Source of the DNA: Ktedonobacterales bacterium
GTDB lineage: Bacteria; Chloroflexota; Ktedonobacteria; Ktedonobacterales; JADMIN01
DNA length: 40,218 nt
Assembly: GCA_025936795.1 (NCBI GenBank)
Contig: JAICSR010000002.1
Span: 1 to 40,218 of the forward strand
Direction: 5' to 3'
The number at the start of each line of letters is the position of its first letter. Within the stretch, counting starts at the first letter, position 1. The notes beneath the pieces were generated by a model. The model did no database searches, was not told the origin of the DNA, and was given only the letters and a program-made list of their open reading frames with translations. This document shows positions 8,325 to 18,805 of the stretch, in pieces. The translations under genes were made by a program, and so were the position numbers.

Positions 8325-10667
8325 ATGGCTGAGCAAGTAGAAGAGCTAGTCAACCTGACCATAGATGGGCGGCCTGTCAGCGTTCCCAAAGGCTCAGTCG
8401 TCTGGGCTGCCGCGCGCAAGCTCGGCATCGAAATCCCTATCTATTGCTACCATCCCAAAATGGACCCGCTGGGCGCCTGTCGCATGTGCTTCGTGCAGGT
8501 GGAGAAGATGCCCAAGCTGGCGACCGCCTGCACCACGCAGGTCGCCGAGGGCATGGTCGTGATCACGGACTCGCCACAGGTGAAGAAGGCGCGCCAGGGG
8601 ACGCTGGAGTTCCTGCTCATCAACCATCCGCTCGATTGCCCAATCTGCGACAAGGGTGGCGAGTGCGACCTGCAAGACTTCACGCTGCGCTATGGGCCAG
8701 GCGCCAGCCGGTTCGACCTGAGCAAGCGCCACTTCCAGAAGCCGATTCCCGTCAACGAGCAGATTCTGCTCGACCGCGAGCGCTGCATCGCCTGTCAGCG
8801 CTGCGTGCGCTTCTGCCAGGATGTGGCGATGGAGGACGGCCTGGTGATGCAGGAGCGCGGCTTCCGCACGGAAGTGGGCGTAGAGCCGTCGGCGCCGTTC
8901 GACTCGATCTTCTCGGGCAATGTGGTGGAGATGTGTCCGGTGGGCGCATTGACCGCCAAGAGCTATCGCTTCGTGGCGCGCCCCTGGGAGCTGAAGCGCG
9001 GCGCGACGGTCTGCGGCCAGTGCGCGGTCGGCTGCAATGTGCTCGCGGATGTGCGTGTGGACAAGCTGCTGCGGCAATATTCGCGCACCAACGACGACAT
9101 TGACGACGGGTTCCTCTGCGACCGGGGCCGCTGGAATACGGACCTGGCCAACAGCCCAGAGCGCCTGCGCCAACCGCTGATTCGCCGCGATGGCAAGCTG
9201 CAGTCGGCGACCTGGGACGAGGCGATTGCGCTGGTGGCCCGCTCGCTCGGCGAGATCGCGCAGCGCGATGGCGGCGAGGCGGTCGGCGGCATCGGTTCGA
9301 CCCACACTACCAACGAGGAAGCGTATCTCTTCCAGAAGCTGCTGCGCGTCGGGCTGGGAACGAACAACGTGGATCATTTCCACGGGCGCTTCCCACAGGG
9401 CGACAACGACGCGCAGCCGTGGGTCTGGTCAGACAGCATTGCGGGGTTGGAGCGCGCCTCGCACATTGTGCTGCTGGGGGCCGATCCGTATCTTCGCCAG
9501 CCGATCATTGACCTGCGCATCAGGAAGGCGATTCGGCGGGGCGCGCGCGTCTGGGTAGTCTCGCCTGCGGCGAATCGCCTCGACCGACTCGCCGCTGGCG
9601 CCATCCGCTATCAGGCTGGGCAAGTTGGCGCGGTGGCGCGGGCGTTGTTGCAGGTGACGCTGAGCGAGCGGCTGACACGCGGCGCCTTCGCCGAGCAGCG
9701 ACAGGCGAGCCTGGCGGAGCGCCTCGCGGGGCTGGCCGATGCAACTCCAGAGGCTGTGTCCGCCGCCGCTGGCTGCGACGCTGAGGCGCTGCGGACGCTG
9801 GCGCGTGAGATCGCGGGCGCGAAAGGCGCGGTGATTCTCTACGACGAGATGGCGACACGCGAGGCGACCGGCGAGACGCTGGCGGCGGATGCGCTGGACC
9901 TGGCGCTGCTGACCGACAACTTTGGCCGCGCGGGCGCGGGCGTCGGGCCGCTGCTGGAGGATAACAACTCGCTGGGCGCGCGCGACATGGGGCTGCTGCC
10001 AGGGTCGCTGCCAGGCTACCGCGCGGTGGACGACGAGCAGGCGCGGGCCGAGCTGAGCGCCGCCTGGGGCGTGCGGACGCCAGAGGCAGCGGGGCTAGAC
10101 TACGACGCCATGCTCGCTGGCGGCGTCAAAGCGCTCTATGTGCTGGGCGCGAACCCGGCGACTCATCTGAGCGAGGAGGGCCGCGCAGCGCTGGCTGGGC
10201 TGGAGTTCCTCGTCGTGCAAGACCTCTTCCTGACGGAGACGGCCAAGCTGGCGGCAGTCGTGTTGCCCGCCGTCTCCTACACCGAGAAGGACGGCACGTT
10301 CACGAATACCGAGCGCTGCGTGCAGGTCGTGCGCAAGGCGATGCTGGAGCTGCCCGGCGCGCGGGCCGACTGGCAGATTCTGCGCGACGTGGCCAATGCG
10401 CTGGGGCTGGGCTGGACGTATAGCAACAGCGCCCAGATTCTCGCCGAGATTGGCCGGACGACGCCGATCTATGCAGGTGTCTCGCGGCATGGGCTGGGCC
10501 AGACGGGCGCGCGTTGGCCGCTGGCGCCCGGCGCGACTGAGGCTGATGGGCAGCGAACGCTCAGCGGCTCGCCATTCCTCACGTGGGAGATGCTTGCGCA
10601 GGGCGTGGCGAAGGGGCGCGGCTCCGATCAGCTGGCGCTCTCAGCTGGACGAGGGGAGCAGGCCTGA
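8325..10667 (+). CDS. nuoG: NADH-quinone oxidoreductase subunit G (75 kDa, Fe-S / molybdopterin-like fold)
   Basis: N-terminal 2Fe-2S Cys pattern (CYHPKMDPLGACRMCFV). Also HPLDCPICDKGGECDLQD, CIACQRCVRFC and CPVGAL. The start is set at ATG 8325 (MAEQVEELVNLTIDG) rather than the ORF-track GTG 8223. Confidence 0.93.
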   Translation: MAEQVEELVNLTIDGRPVSVPKGSVVWAAARKLGIEIPIYCYHPKMDPLGACRMCFVQVEKMPKLATACTTQVAEGMVVITDSPQVKKARQGTLEFLLINHPLDCPICDKGGECDLQDFTLRYGPGASRFDLSKRHFQKPIPVNEQILLDRERCIACQRCVRFCQDVAMEDGLVMQERGFRTEVGVEPSAPFDSIFSGNVVEMCPVGALTAKSYRFVARPWELKRGATVCGQCAVGCNVLADVRVDKLLRQYSRTNDDIDDGFLCDRGRWNTDLANSPERLRQPLIRRDGKLQSATWDEAIALVARSLGEIAQRDGGEAVGGIGSTHTTNEEAYLFQKLLRVGLGTNNVDHFHGRFPQGDNDAQPWVWSDSIAGLERASHIVLLGADPYLRQPIIDLRIRKAIRRGARVWVVSPAANRLDRLAAGAIRYQAGQVGAVARALLQVTLSERLTRGAFAEQRQASLAERLAGLADATPEAVSAAAGCDAEALRTLAREIAGAKGAVILYDEMATREATGETLAADALDLALLTDNFGRAGAGVGPLLEDNNSLGARDMGLLPGSLPGYRAVDDEQARAELSAAWGVRTPEAAGLDYDAMLAGGVKALYVLGANPATHLSEEGRAALAGLEFLVVQDLFLTETAKLAAVVLPAVSYTEKDGTFTNTERCVQVVRKAMLELPGARADWQILRDVANALGLGWTYSNSAQILAEIGRTTPIYAGVSRHGLGQTGARWPLAPGATEADGQRTLSGSPFLTWEMLAQGVAKGRGSDQLALSAGRGEQA

Positions 10668-11908
10668 TGAGCGACCTCGCATGGTTCCTGGTTGGCGCGC
10701 TCGTCAAGAGCATCATCGCCATCGTGGCGCTGCTGACCGCCTTCGCCTACATGACGCTGATCGAGCGGCGCGTGATCGCGCGGTTCCAGCGGCGGGTTGG
10801 CCCCAACCGCGCTGGGCCATTCGGCGTCTTCCAGCCGGTCGCGGATGCGCTGAAGATGGCCTTCAAAGAAGAGATTTTGCCGACCAGAGCGAGCCGGCTG
10901 GTTTTCCTGATCGCGCCCGCGATTTCGGTCGTGGTTGCGCTGACCGCGTTCGCGGTGGTGCCGCTCGGCGGGCCGACAGCCTGGGGTAATTCGAGCATCG
11001 CCAGAGCCTGGGCGCCCTACGTCGCGGACCTGAATGTTGGCGTGCTCTACATCTTTGCCATTGCGTCGCTGGCGGTCTATGGCATCGTGCTGGCGGGCTG
11101 GTCGTCGGGCAATCACTATTCGCTGCTGGGCGCGCTGCGCTCGGCGGCGCAGATGGTGTCCTACGAGGTGAGCATCACTCTGGCGATTGCGGGTGTGCTG
11201 ATGTTCGCTGGCACGCTCAACATGGTTGGCATCGTCCAGGCGCAGGCGCATCAGGGTATCTGGTTCATCCTCGCGCAGCCGCTGGGTTTCCTGCTCTACG
11301 GCATTGCGGCGGTGGCGGAGGTCAATCGCGCGCCGTTCGATCTGCCAGAGGCCGAGCAAGAGCTGGTGGCGGGCTACCTGACCGAGTTTAGCGGCCTGCG
11401 CTGGAGCCTCTTCCAGATGGCCGAGTACATCAACATGATTACAGCTAGCTCGGTCGTTGTGACACTGTTCTTCGGTGGGTGGACGCTTGGCTCGCTCGAT
11501 GGCGTGTTTGGGCTGCCCTTCATCTGGTACTTCATCAAGGTCGCCGTGTTCCTGTTCATCTTCATCTGGCTGCGCGCGACACTGCCGCGCATCCGCTACG
11601 ATCAGTTGATGCGCTTTGGCTGGCAGGTCTTGCTGCCGCTCTCAGTGCTGAATGCGCTGGTGACGGCGGCGGTGGTAGCCTACGGGTTGCCGTGGTGGGT
11701 GAGTGGCGCGATTGGGCTGGCGATCTTGCTGATCGTCGCTGGCGCTTTCTACGCCACTGCGCGCCGCAGCCAGCCCAAGGCGAAGCGTGGCGCTGGGCAG
11801 GTGATGGCTGCGCCGACCTCGGTGCGGCTGGTCGCGGATGCGCCGCTGCCTCGCAGCGTAGATGAGTCGCAGACGACGAGTGTTAGCGCCAGCGCTGGCG
11901 TCAAATAG
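10667..11908 (+). CDS. nuoH: NADH-quinone oxidoreductase subunit H
   Basis: Motif EVNRAPFDLPEAEQELVAGYLTEFSG in a polytopic protein. ATG 10667 overlaps the nuoG stop (TGATG). The upstream part of the ORF-track frame lies inside nuoG. Confidence 0.93.
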   Translation: MSDLAWFLVGALVKSIIAIVALLTAFAYMTLIERRVIARFQRRVGPNRAGPFGVFQPVADALKMAFKEEILPTRASRLVFLIAPAISVVVALTAFAVVPLGGPTAWGNSSIARAWAPYVADLNVGVLYIFAIASLAVYGIVLAGWSSGNHYSLLGALRSAAQMVSYEVSITLAIAGVLMFAGTLNMVGIVQAQAHQGIWFILAQPLGFLLYGIAAVAEVNRAPFDLPEAEQELVAGYLTEFSGLRWSLFQMAEYINMITASSVVVTLFFGGWTLGSLDGVFGLPFIWYFIKVAVFLFIFIWLRATLPRIRYDQLMRFGWQVLLPLSVLNALVTAAVVAYGLPWWVSGAIGLAILLIVAGAFYATARRSQPKAKRGAGQVMAAPTSVRLVADAPLPRSVDESQTTSVSASAGVK

Positions 11909-11923
11909 CGGGAGTTTGCTCTG

Positions 11924-12547
11924 ATGGCGATGGAAATGATCAAGGGTCTGGCGACGACACTGCGCGAGCTAGGCCAGAAACCCACGACGGTCTCGTATCC
12001 AGAGGAGAAACGCCAGCTACCCCCGCGCTTCCGCGGTCGGCATGTGCTCCACCGCTACGAGAATGACCTGGAGCGCTGCGTTGGCTGTTTCCTCTGCGCG
12101 GGCGCCTGCCCGGCGGATGCGATCTACATCGAGGCGGCGGAGAATACTGAGGAGAACCGCGTGTCGCCCGGCGAGCGCTATGCGCGCGTCTTCGATGTGA
12201 ATCTGCTGCGCTGCATCTTCTGCGGCTACTGCGAGCAGGCCTGCCCAACGGGCGCGATCACGCTGGAAAACATCTACGAGCTGGCCAGCACGCATCCCGA
12301 CGACCTGGTCTATCACAAGGAGCAACTGCTGGAAGCGCCTGGCTCGGCGACGCGCGGCTCGCTCGACGCCTGGTCGGCTCCGGCGCCTGAGGAGACCACG
12401 ACGCCGCTGCCCGGTCGCCAGGGCTTCTTCGATGGCCAGCCAGCGACAGCAGCTTCGGTTGGCCAGGGCGATCTGCCTGCCGAGCAGGAAATCGCTTTGG
12501 GCGACGAGCAGATGGTCCGCGATGTGGCTGCCGCGGAGGAAGCATAA
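11924..12547 (+). CDS. nuoI: NADH-quinone oxidoreductase subunit I (2x 4Fe-4S ferredoxin)
   Basis: Motifs CVGCFLCAGACP and CIFCGYCEQACP. About 70 aa of acidic C-terminal tail. Confidence 0.94.
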   Translation: MAMEMIKGLATTLRELGQKPTTVSYPEEKRQLPPRFRGRHVLHRYENDLERCVGCFLCAGACPADAIYIEAAENTEENRVSPGERYARVFDVNLLRCIFCGYCEQACPTGAITLENIYELASTHPDDLVYHKEQLLEAPGSATRGSLDAWSAPAPEETTTPLPGRQGFFDGQPATAASVGQGDLPAEQEIALGDEQMVRDVAAAEEA

Positions 12548-12551
12548 CCGT

Positions 12552-13097
12552 ATGTTGTTTAGCCAGATCGCGTTCTACGTGCTGGCGGTCATCGCGGTGG
12601 CCTCGGCGCTCGGCGTCGTGCTGAATCGCAATGCCGTCTATAGCATGCTCAGTCTGATTCTGAATCTGCTGAGTCTGGCGCTATTCTTTCTCTTGCTCGG
12701 TGGACTATTCATCGCGACGATTCAGGTGCTGATTTATGCGGGCGCCGTGATGGTGCTGTTCCTGTTCGTCGTGACGATGCTCACACCGGGAGGGCAGGCG
12801 CCACAGGGCGATGATCCACTGCGCTGGCAGTGGGGCGCGGGCATTGGGATGGGCGCTATCCTGGTTGGCGCGCTGGTGTGGGCTGGGTTCACAGGCGCCA
12901 TCTCCAGCGACGCGAAAGCGGCTGGCGTCAGCTCGCTCACCTCGGCAATAGCGGCGTTCGGCGGCAATACCGAAGCGTTTGGCATGGCGCTCTTCCACGG
13001 GTACTCCTTCCCATTCGAGATCACCGGGCTACTGCTGGTGGTGGCGGCGCTGGGCGCCGTCACACTTGGCCGCCGTCCCACACACGCCGACGAGTAG
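12552..13097 (+). CDS. nuoJ: NADH-quinone oxidoreductase subunit J
   Basis: The start is set at ATG 12552 (MLFSQIAFYVLAVIA), just after the nuoI stop. Motif QVLIYAGAVMVLFLFVVTML. Confidence 0.9.
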   Translation: MLFSQIAFYVLAVIAVASALGVVLNRNAVYSMLSLILNLLSLALFFLLLGGLFIATIQVLIYAGAVMVLFLFVVTMLTPGGQAPQGDDPLRWQWGAGIGMGAILVGALVWAGFTGAISSDAKAAGVSSLTSAIAAFGGNTEAFGMALFHGYSFPFEITGLLLVVAALGAVTLGRRPTHADE

Positions 13098-13117
13098 GGC
13101 GCTCAGGAGGTTACGCG

Positions 13118-13417
13118 ATGCCACTCTCCGCCTTTCTGACGGTTAGCGGAGTCCTGTTCGCCATCGGCGCGCTCGGCGTGCTTGTGCGCAAGAATCCGCT
13201 GATTATGTTCATGTCGATTGAGTTGATGCTCAACGCCGTCAATCTCTCGTTCATGGCCTTCGCGCACTTCCTCGACTCGGCGCAGGGATGGATCTTCGTC
13301 TTCCTAACGTTGACAGTCGCCGCCGCTGAGGTCGTGGTTGGGCTTGCTATCATCGTCTCGATCTTCCGCAGCCGCACCAACATTGATGTGGATGAGCTGA
13401 ACTCCTTGAAGGGCTAG
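13118..13417 (+). CDS. nuoK: NADH-quinone oxidoreductase subunit K
   Basis: 99 aa with three TM spans. Motifs SIELMLNAVNL and AAAEVVVGLAI. AGGAGG at 13105-13110 lies 7 nt before the ATG. Confidence 0.93.
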   Translation: MPLSAFLTVSGVLFAIGALGVLVRKNPLIMFMSIELMLNAVNLSFMAFAHFLDSAQGWIFVFLTLTVAAAEVVVGLAIIVSIFRSRTNIDVDELNSLKG

Positions 13418-13418
13418 T

Positions 13419-15392
13419 ATGTTGAATCTGACGCCGTTCATTCTGCTGGCTCCGCTCGTCGGGTTCGTCGCGCTCGGCCTGTTTGGGCGGGCGCTGCCAC
13501 GGGCCGTCATTGCCGTGATTGGCTGCGGAGTGGTGCTGATCGGGTTCGCCCTCGCGGTCGCCGATCTCATCTCGATGTTGGGCGTGGCCCCAGCGCAGCG
13601 GGTCAGCGATGTGACGCTGTGGACGTGGATCACCGCTGGAACGTTCCATGTGCCGTTTGGCCTGCTCTCCGATCCACTTTCGGCGGTGATGCTGCTGGTG
13701 GTGACAGGCGTGGGTTTCCTCATTCACGTCTACTCCATTGGCTATATGGAGGGCGACCCTGGATTCTGGCGATTCTTCGCCTTCCTGAATTTCTTCGTCT
13801 TCGCGATGACGTTGCTGGTAGCGGCGGACAATTTCCTGTTCCTGCTGGTTGGCTGGGCCGGAGTTGGCCTCGCATCCTTCCTGCTGATCGGCTTCTGGTA
13901 CACGCGCGCCTCGGCGGCGGCGGCGGCGCGCAAGGCCTTTGTGGTCAACGTCATCGGCGATTTTGGGCTGTTGATCGCCATCTTCCTGCTTTTCGGCGCA
14001 TACCATGGCGCGCTCGACTACCGCACCGTGCTGGGCATCGGGTCGGCGCAGGCGGTCGCGCCTACGTCAGTCGCGCCGGGTGGTGTGCTGCTGGCGATTG
14101 CGCTGACACTCTTCGTCGCCGCCGCCGCCAAGTCGGCGCAGTTGCCGCTGCATGTCTGGCTGCCAGATGCGATGGAGGGGCCGACGCCAGTCAGCGCGCT
14201 GATTCACGCGGCGACGATGGTGACGGCGGGCGTCTACCTGGTGGCGCGCGCGCATAGCCTGTTTACAGCGGCGCCCACCTCGCTGGTGGTTGTCGCGGTG
14301 GTGGCGGGCGCGACGGCGTTCTTCGCGGCGACCATCGCCTGCGTGCAGAACGACATCAAGCGCATCCTCGCCTACTCGACGATGAGCCAGCTCGGCTACA
14401 TGTTCATGGGCGAGGCGGCGGGCGGCTTCAGCTCTGGTATCTTCCATCTCGTGACGCACGCCTTCTTCAAGGCGCTGCTCTTCATGTGTGCGGGCGCAGT
14501 CATTCATGCGCTGGGCGGCGAGCAGGACATCCGCAAGATGGGCGGGCTGCGTGAGCGGCTAGCGGGAACCTTCTGGCTGTTCGTGGTGAGCGGGCTGGCG
14601 CTGGCGGCGATCTTCCCCTTCGCGGGCTTCTGGAGCAAAGACGCCATCCTGGGGGCGATCTTGCAGCGCGCGACGACTGGCGGCGCTGGCTGGTACGCGC
14701 TCTACGCCGTAGGGCTGCTGACCGCTGGCCTGACGGGATTCTACATCTTCCGCCTGATCTTCGTCACATTCTTCGGAGCCTATCGTGGCGCCCCTGTGGC
14801 TGCGGCGCACGGTGGCGGACATGCGGCAGGCGGGCGGGCGGGCGACCCGCTCGCGGGTCTGCATCTGCCAGGACTGGCGCTGATGGCGCCGATGTGGGTG
14901 TTGGGTGCGCTCTCGCTGGTGGGCGGCGCGCTCGATCTGCCGGGCAGCCAGTTGTTGAGTGACTTCCTCGCTCCGGCGGCGCCATCGGCGATTGAATTGA
15001 CCTCCGCGCTGTTTTGGGTCTCGCTCGCTGCGGGCCTGATCTGCGCGCTGGTGGGTATCGCCATCGCGTGGTCGCGCTATGGCCAGGGGCAGGCGCCAGC
15101 GGGCGACGAGGCGAGAGTCGGCGCGCTGGTGGTCTTCCTGCGACGACGCTGGTTTGTGGATGACCTGTATGAGGGCGCGATTGTGCGGCCGATTCTGGCG
15201 CTGAGTCGCGGCCTGCGTTTCGGGGTGGAAGATGATACCCTGGAGGCTGGCTCCCGCGGACTGGGCGACGCCGTTGGCAGCCTCAGCGCGGGCTTGCGCG
15301 GCCTGCAAACAGGCTTCTTGCGCAACTACACGCTGACGCTCTTTCTGGGCGCGGTGGTGATCCTCGTCTACTTCATCGCTGTTAGCCAATAG
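13419..15392 (+). CDS. nuoL: NADH-quinone oxidoreductase subunit L
   Basis: 657-aa antiporter-like subunit with WLPDAMEGPTPVSALIHAATMVTAGVYL and a long C-terminal lateral-helix region. Confidence 0.95.
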   Translation: MLNLTPFILLAPLVGFVALGLFGRALPRAVIAVIGCGVVLIGFALAVADLISMLGVAPAQRVSDVTLWTWITAGTFHVPFGLLSDPLSAVMLLVVTGVGFLIHVYSIGYMEGDPGFWRFFAFLNFFVFAMTLLVAADNFLFLLVGWAGVGLASFLLIGFWYTRASAAAAARKAFVVNVIGDFGLLIAIFLLFGAYHGALDYRTVLGIGSAQAVAPTSVAPGGVLLAIALTLFVAAAAKSAQLPLHVWLPDAMEGPTPVSALIHAATMVTAGVYLVARAHSLFTAAPTSLVVVAVVAGATAFFAATIACVQNDIKRILAYSTMSQLGYMFMGEAAGGFSSGIFHLVTHAFFKALLFMCAGAVIHALGGEQDIRKMGGLRERLAGTFWLFVVSGLALAAIFPFAGFWSKDAILGAILQRATTGGAGWYALYAVGLLTAGLTGFYIFRLIFVTFFGAYRGAPVAAAHGGGHAAGGRAGDPLAGLHLPGLALMAPMWVLGALSLVGGALDLPGSQLLSDFLAPAAPSAIELTSALFWVSLAAGLICALVGIAIAWSRYGQGQAPAGDEARVGALVVFLRRRWFVDDLYEGAIVRPILALSRGLRFGVEDDTLEAGSRGLGDAVGSLSAGLRGLQTGFLRNYTLTLFLGAVVILVYFIAVSQ

Positions 15393-15403
15393 GGGCCGCT
15401 GAT

Positions 15404-16948
15404 ATGACGCAGTTTCCGATCCTCAGCGTGATCGTGTTCTTGCCCATCGTGGGCGCGCTGATCGCGCTCGCGCTGCCGCGCCGAGCGGCGTGGGGCTGGG
15501 GCATCCTGGTAGCGCTAGTGGACCTCGCGCTGGCGCTGGCGCTGATTCCGCTGACGCAATCGGGCGGCGCAGGCTATCAGTTTGTGGAGCACGCGCGCTG
15601 GCTACCAGAACTTGGCATCGGCTACGCGCTAGGTGTGGATGGGCTGAGCCTCTTCCTGCTCAGCCTGAACGGCCTGATCACGCTGGTCGCGCTGATCGCC
15701 TCGTGGCCACAGGCGCAGTCGGGCGACCGCGTGCGCGGCTACATCGCGCTGATGCTGCTGCTTGCCGGGGCGATGCAGGGCGTGTTTCTGGCGACCAACG
15801 TCTTTCTCTTCTACATCTTCTGGGAGCTGATGCTGGTTCCGGCCTATCTGCTGGTGGGCATGTTCGGCGGCCCACGACGCGCCTACGCGGCGATCAAGTT
15901 TGTGCTCTACACGGCTGTCGGCTCGCTGCTGATGCTGATCGGCGTGATCTGGCTGGGCGTCGTCGTCTCCTCGAATGCAGGCGTCTCCTTCACGCTCGAT
16001 CTGCCAACGCTGCTGCGGCTGGGTGTGCCAGTCTCGGCGCAGGGCATCTTGTTCCTGGCATTCATGGCGGCGTTTGCGGTGAAGTCTGGCCTCTTCCCGT
16101 TCCACGGCTGGGCGCCAGACGCCTATGTGGAGGCGCCCGCGCCCGTGACGGCGGTGGTCGCGGGGGTGATGGCGAAGACGGCGATCTACGGTATGCTGCG
16201 GATCGTCGCGCCGCTCTTCCCGGTGGCCATGCGCACGTACTTCCCGCTGATTGGCACGCTGGCGGTCATCGGCATCCTGTATTTCGCGTTGCAGGCGTTG
16301 ATCTCGACTGACTTCAAGCGACTGCTAGCCTACGTGAGTCTGAGCCATATGGGCGTGATCGTGCTGGGCGTGTTTGCGCTGAATGCGCAGGGCATCCAGG
16401 GGGCCATCATCCAGATGGTCAATCACGGTATCATCATCGCGGCGCTGTTCCTGATCGCTGCCGCCATCGAGGCGCGCATCGGCGTGCGGCGGCTGGCGGA
16501 GTTTGGCGCGCTGGCGACGCGGCTGCCCTGGCTCGCCACGGCCTTCCTGATCACCGCGCTCGCCGCGCTGGGGTTGCCGGGCCTGAATAGCTTCGCGGGC
16601 GAGTTCCTGGCCTTCCTGGGCGCGTTCCATGTCAACTGGGTCTATGGCGGTCTGGCGACGTTGGTAGTCATTCCGGCGGCGTGGTACATGCTGCGCTTCT
16701 TCCAGGGCGTGATGGAGGGTGCGGCGCCAGAGAGTGGGCCAGTGGCCAAAGCGCTGGCGGGCGCGAGTGGTAAGCTGGCTGATCTCCGCTGGCAAGAGTG
16801 GCTGGCGCTGATTCCGCTGATCGCGCTGATCTTCTACCTTGGTATCTTCCCGGCGACGCTGACCGGGCGCACCGAGGCCGCGACGCAGCAGATTGTGACG
16901 GCGACGCAGCAGGTGACGCCGCCAGCGATTGGGACGACTGGCGGCTGA
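15404..16948 (+). CDS. nuoM: NADH-quinone oxidoreductase subunit M
   Basis: 514-aa antiporter-like subunit with HGWAPDAYVEAPAPVTAVVAGVMAKTAIYG. Confidence 0.95.
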   Translation: MTQFPILSVIVFLPIVGALIALALPRRAAWGWGILVALVDLALALALIPLTQSGGAGYQFVEHARWLPELGIGYALGVDGLSLFLLSLNGLITLVALIASWPQAQSGDRVRGYIALMLLLAGAMQGVFLATNVFLFYIFWELMLVPAYLLVGMFGGPRRAYAAIKFVLYTAVGSLLMLIGVIWLGVVVSSNAGVSFTLDLPTLLRLGVPVSAQGILFLAFMAAFAVKSGLFPFHGWAPDAYVEAPAPVTAVVAGVMAKTAIYGMLRIVAPLFPVAMRTYFPLIGTLAVIGILYFALQALISTDFKRLLAYVSLSHMGVIVLGVFALNAQGIQGAIIQMVNHGIIIAALFLIAAAIEARIGVRRLAEFGALATRLPWLATAFLITALAALGLPGLNSFAGEFLAFLGAFHVNWVYGGLATLVVIPAAWYMLRFFQGVMEGAAPESGPVAKALAGASGKLADLRWQEWLALIPLIALIFYLGIFPATLTGRTEAATQQIVTATQQVTPPAIGTTGG

Positions 16949-17005
16949 GTAGCGCCGAGCGCTATTCTACGAGTTGTTGAGCATGTAGGCAAGAGGCAGC
17001 AGACG

Positions 17006-18649
17006 ATGTTAGCACAATCACCGTTTACCTATACGCCGACAGGCGGCGACTGGCTGCGCATTCTGCCGGAACTGATCGTGCTGGCGGCGGTGTTTGCGAC
17101 GTTGCTGGCCGACCTCGCGCTGCCAGAGGGGCGCAAGGGCTGGCTTGCGGCGGTTGGCGTGGTGGGCGCCATCGTCTCCGGATGCTCACTGGTCTACGTC
17201 AACAGCTTGAGTGGCGCCTCGGCCTTCTTCGGCATGATCACCAGCGATGGCGTGGCGCTCTTCGCGGCAGGCGTCATCCTGCTCTCGCTCGGTCTGGCGC
17301 TGCTGTTCTCGCCCAGCTATCTGGCGCGGCAGAAGATCGCGCGCGTGGGCGAATATTATGTCCTGTTGCAGTTGAGCGCGCTCGGCATGATGCTGATGGC
17401 GGCGGCGAACAACCTGATGACGGTGTTTGTTGGGCTGGAGATGCTCTCGCTCGCGCTCTACATCCTGTGCGCGCTGCCGCAGACCCGGCTGCGCTCGCAG
17501 GAGGCGGGCATGAAGTATTTCATCCTCAGCTCGTTCGCCTCGGCCTTCCTGCTCTATGGTATGTCGCTGATCTACGGCGCGACTGGAGCGACCGGCATTC
17601 CTGATATTGGGCGATTCCTGGGCGCCCATCAGGCGGCCCTGTCACAGGGCTTCGGGCCGCTGCTCTTCGTCGGGATGTCGCTGATGCTGGTGGGCTTCTG
17701 CTTCAAGGTGTCGGCGGTCCCGTTCCAGGCATGGACGCCCGATGTCTATACGGGCGCGCCAACCACGGTGACGGCGTTCATGTCGGTTGGCACAAAGGTG
17801 GCGGCGTTTGTGGCGTTGGCGCGCGTCTTCGTCATCGCCTTGCAGACGCAGAACGCGCATTGGGAGCCGGTCATCTGGGCGGTTGCCGTGCTGACGATGA
17901 TCGTGGGCAATCTGCTCTCGGTGACACAGCGCGATGTGAAGCGCATGCTGGCGTATTCGAGCGTCGCCAACGCGGGCTACCTGCTGGTCGCGATTGCGAC
18001 CGCCTCGCCCCGTGCGGTGGCCTCGCTGCTCTTCTACCTTGCCGCCTATGCCGTGATGAATATCGGAGCCTTCGGGGTGACGCTGCTGGTGGAGCGCCGC
18101 GATGGACGTGGCACGACGCTCGAAGACTTCAACGGGCTGGGACGGCGCAACCCAGCGCTGGCGGCGGCGATGGCCGTCTTCCTGTTCTCGCTGGCAGGTG
18201 TGCCACCGACAGCGGGCTTCCTGGCGAAGTATTTCGTCTTCTACGCTGCGATGGTGGGCAATCAGGTCCCGCTGGCGATCATCGGCATCCTGGCGAGTGT
18301 GCTGGGCATGTTCTACTATCTGCGCGTCGTCTGGGCGATGTATTTCGTCGAGCCGACGCCTGGCGTCAGGCCCGTTGCGCTGCCTGAGCGTGAGCCTGCG
18401 CTGGCAGCCGTCGGCGCCGCGGCGAATGGCGCACGCGAGGAGGCGCCTGAATCACCTGAGATCGAGGCGTCATCACTTGCGGCGCAGGCGATTCCCGTCG
18501 AGTCGGTCCTGACGAGCGTGCGCATCCGCACGTCGGCTAGTTCGGCGGCGGCGCTGGTCATTGCGGTAGCGCTGACGCTGCTGATGATCCTGTTCGCCAG
18601 TCCGCTCGATGCCTACGCGCAGGCGGCCGCTTCGGCGCTGTTCCACTAG
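17006..18649 (+). CDS. nuoN: NADH-quinone oxidoreductase subunit N
   Basis: 547-aa antiporter-like subunit with FQAWTPDVYTGAPTTVTAFMSVGTKVAAF. A hydrophilic insert of about 60 aa precedes the last TM span. Confidence 0.94.
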   Translation: MLAQSPFTYTPTGGDWLRILPELIVLAAVFATLLADLALPEGRKGWLAAVGVVGAIVSGCSLVYVNSLSGASAFFGMITSDGVALFAAGVILLSLGLALLFSPSYLARQKIARVGEYYVLLQLSALGMMLMAAANNLMTVFVGLEMLSLALYILCALPQTRLRSQEAGMKYFILSSFASAFLLYGMSLIYGATGATGIPDIGRFLGAHQAALSQGFGPLLFVGMSLMLVGFCFKVSAVPFQAWTPDVYTGAPTTVTAFMSVGTKVAAFVALARVFVIALQTQNAHWEPVIWAVAVLTMIVGNLLSVTQRDVKRMLAYSSVANAGYLLVAIATASPRAVASLLFYLAAYAVMNIGAFGVTLLVERRDGRGTTLEDFNGLGRRNPALAAAMAVFLFSLAGVPPTAGFLAKYFVFYAAMVGNQVPLAIIGILASVLGMFYYLRVVWAMYFVEPTPGVRPVALPEREPALAAVGAAANGAREEAPESPEIEASSLAAQAIPVESVLTSVRIRTSASSAAALVIAVALTLLMILFASPLDAYAQAAASALFH

Positions 18650-18805
18650 CTGGCGCGTGGACGCGTCGCGCGATACTGACCGCGCCGTGACAGGGGATGA
18701 CGTATACTGGAGCGACGCCGGATCAGATGACGGGTTCAGGGTGCGCTCAGCGTGAGCAGGCGCTCTGGGGAGTCGGTAGGTTGGCATGGAGGCGAGGGGG
18801 CGATT

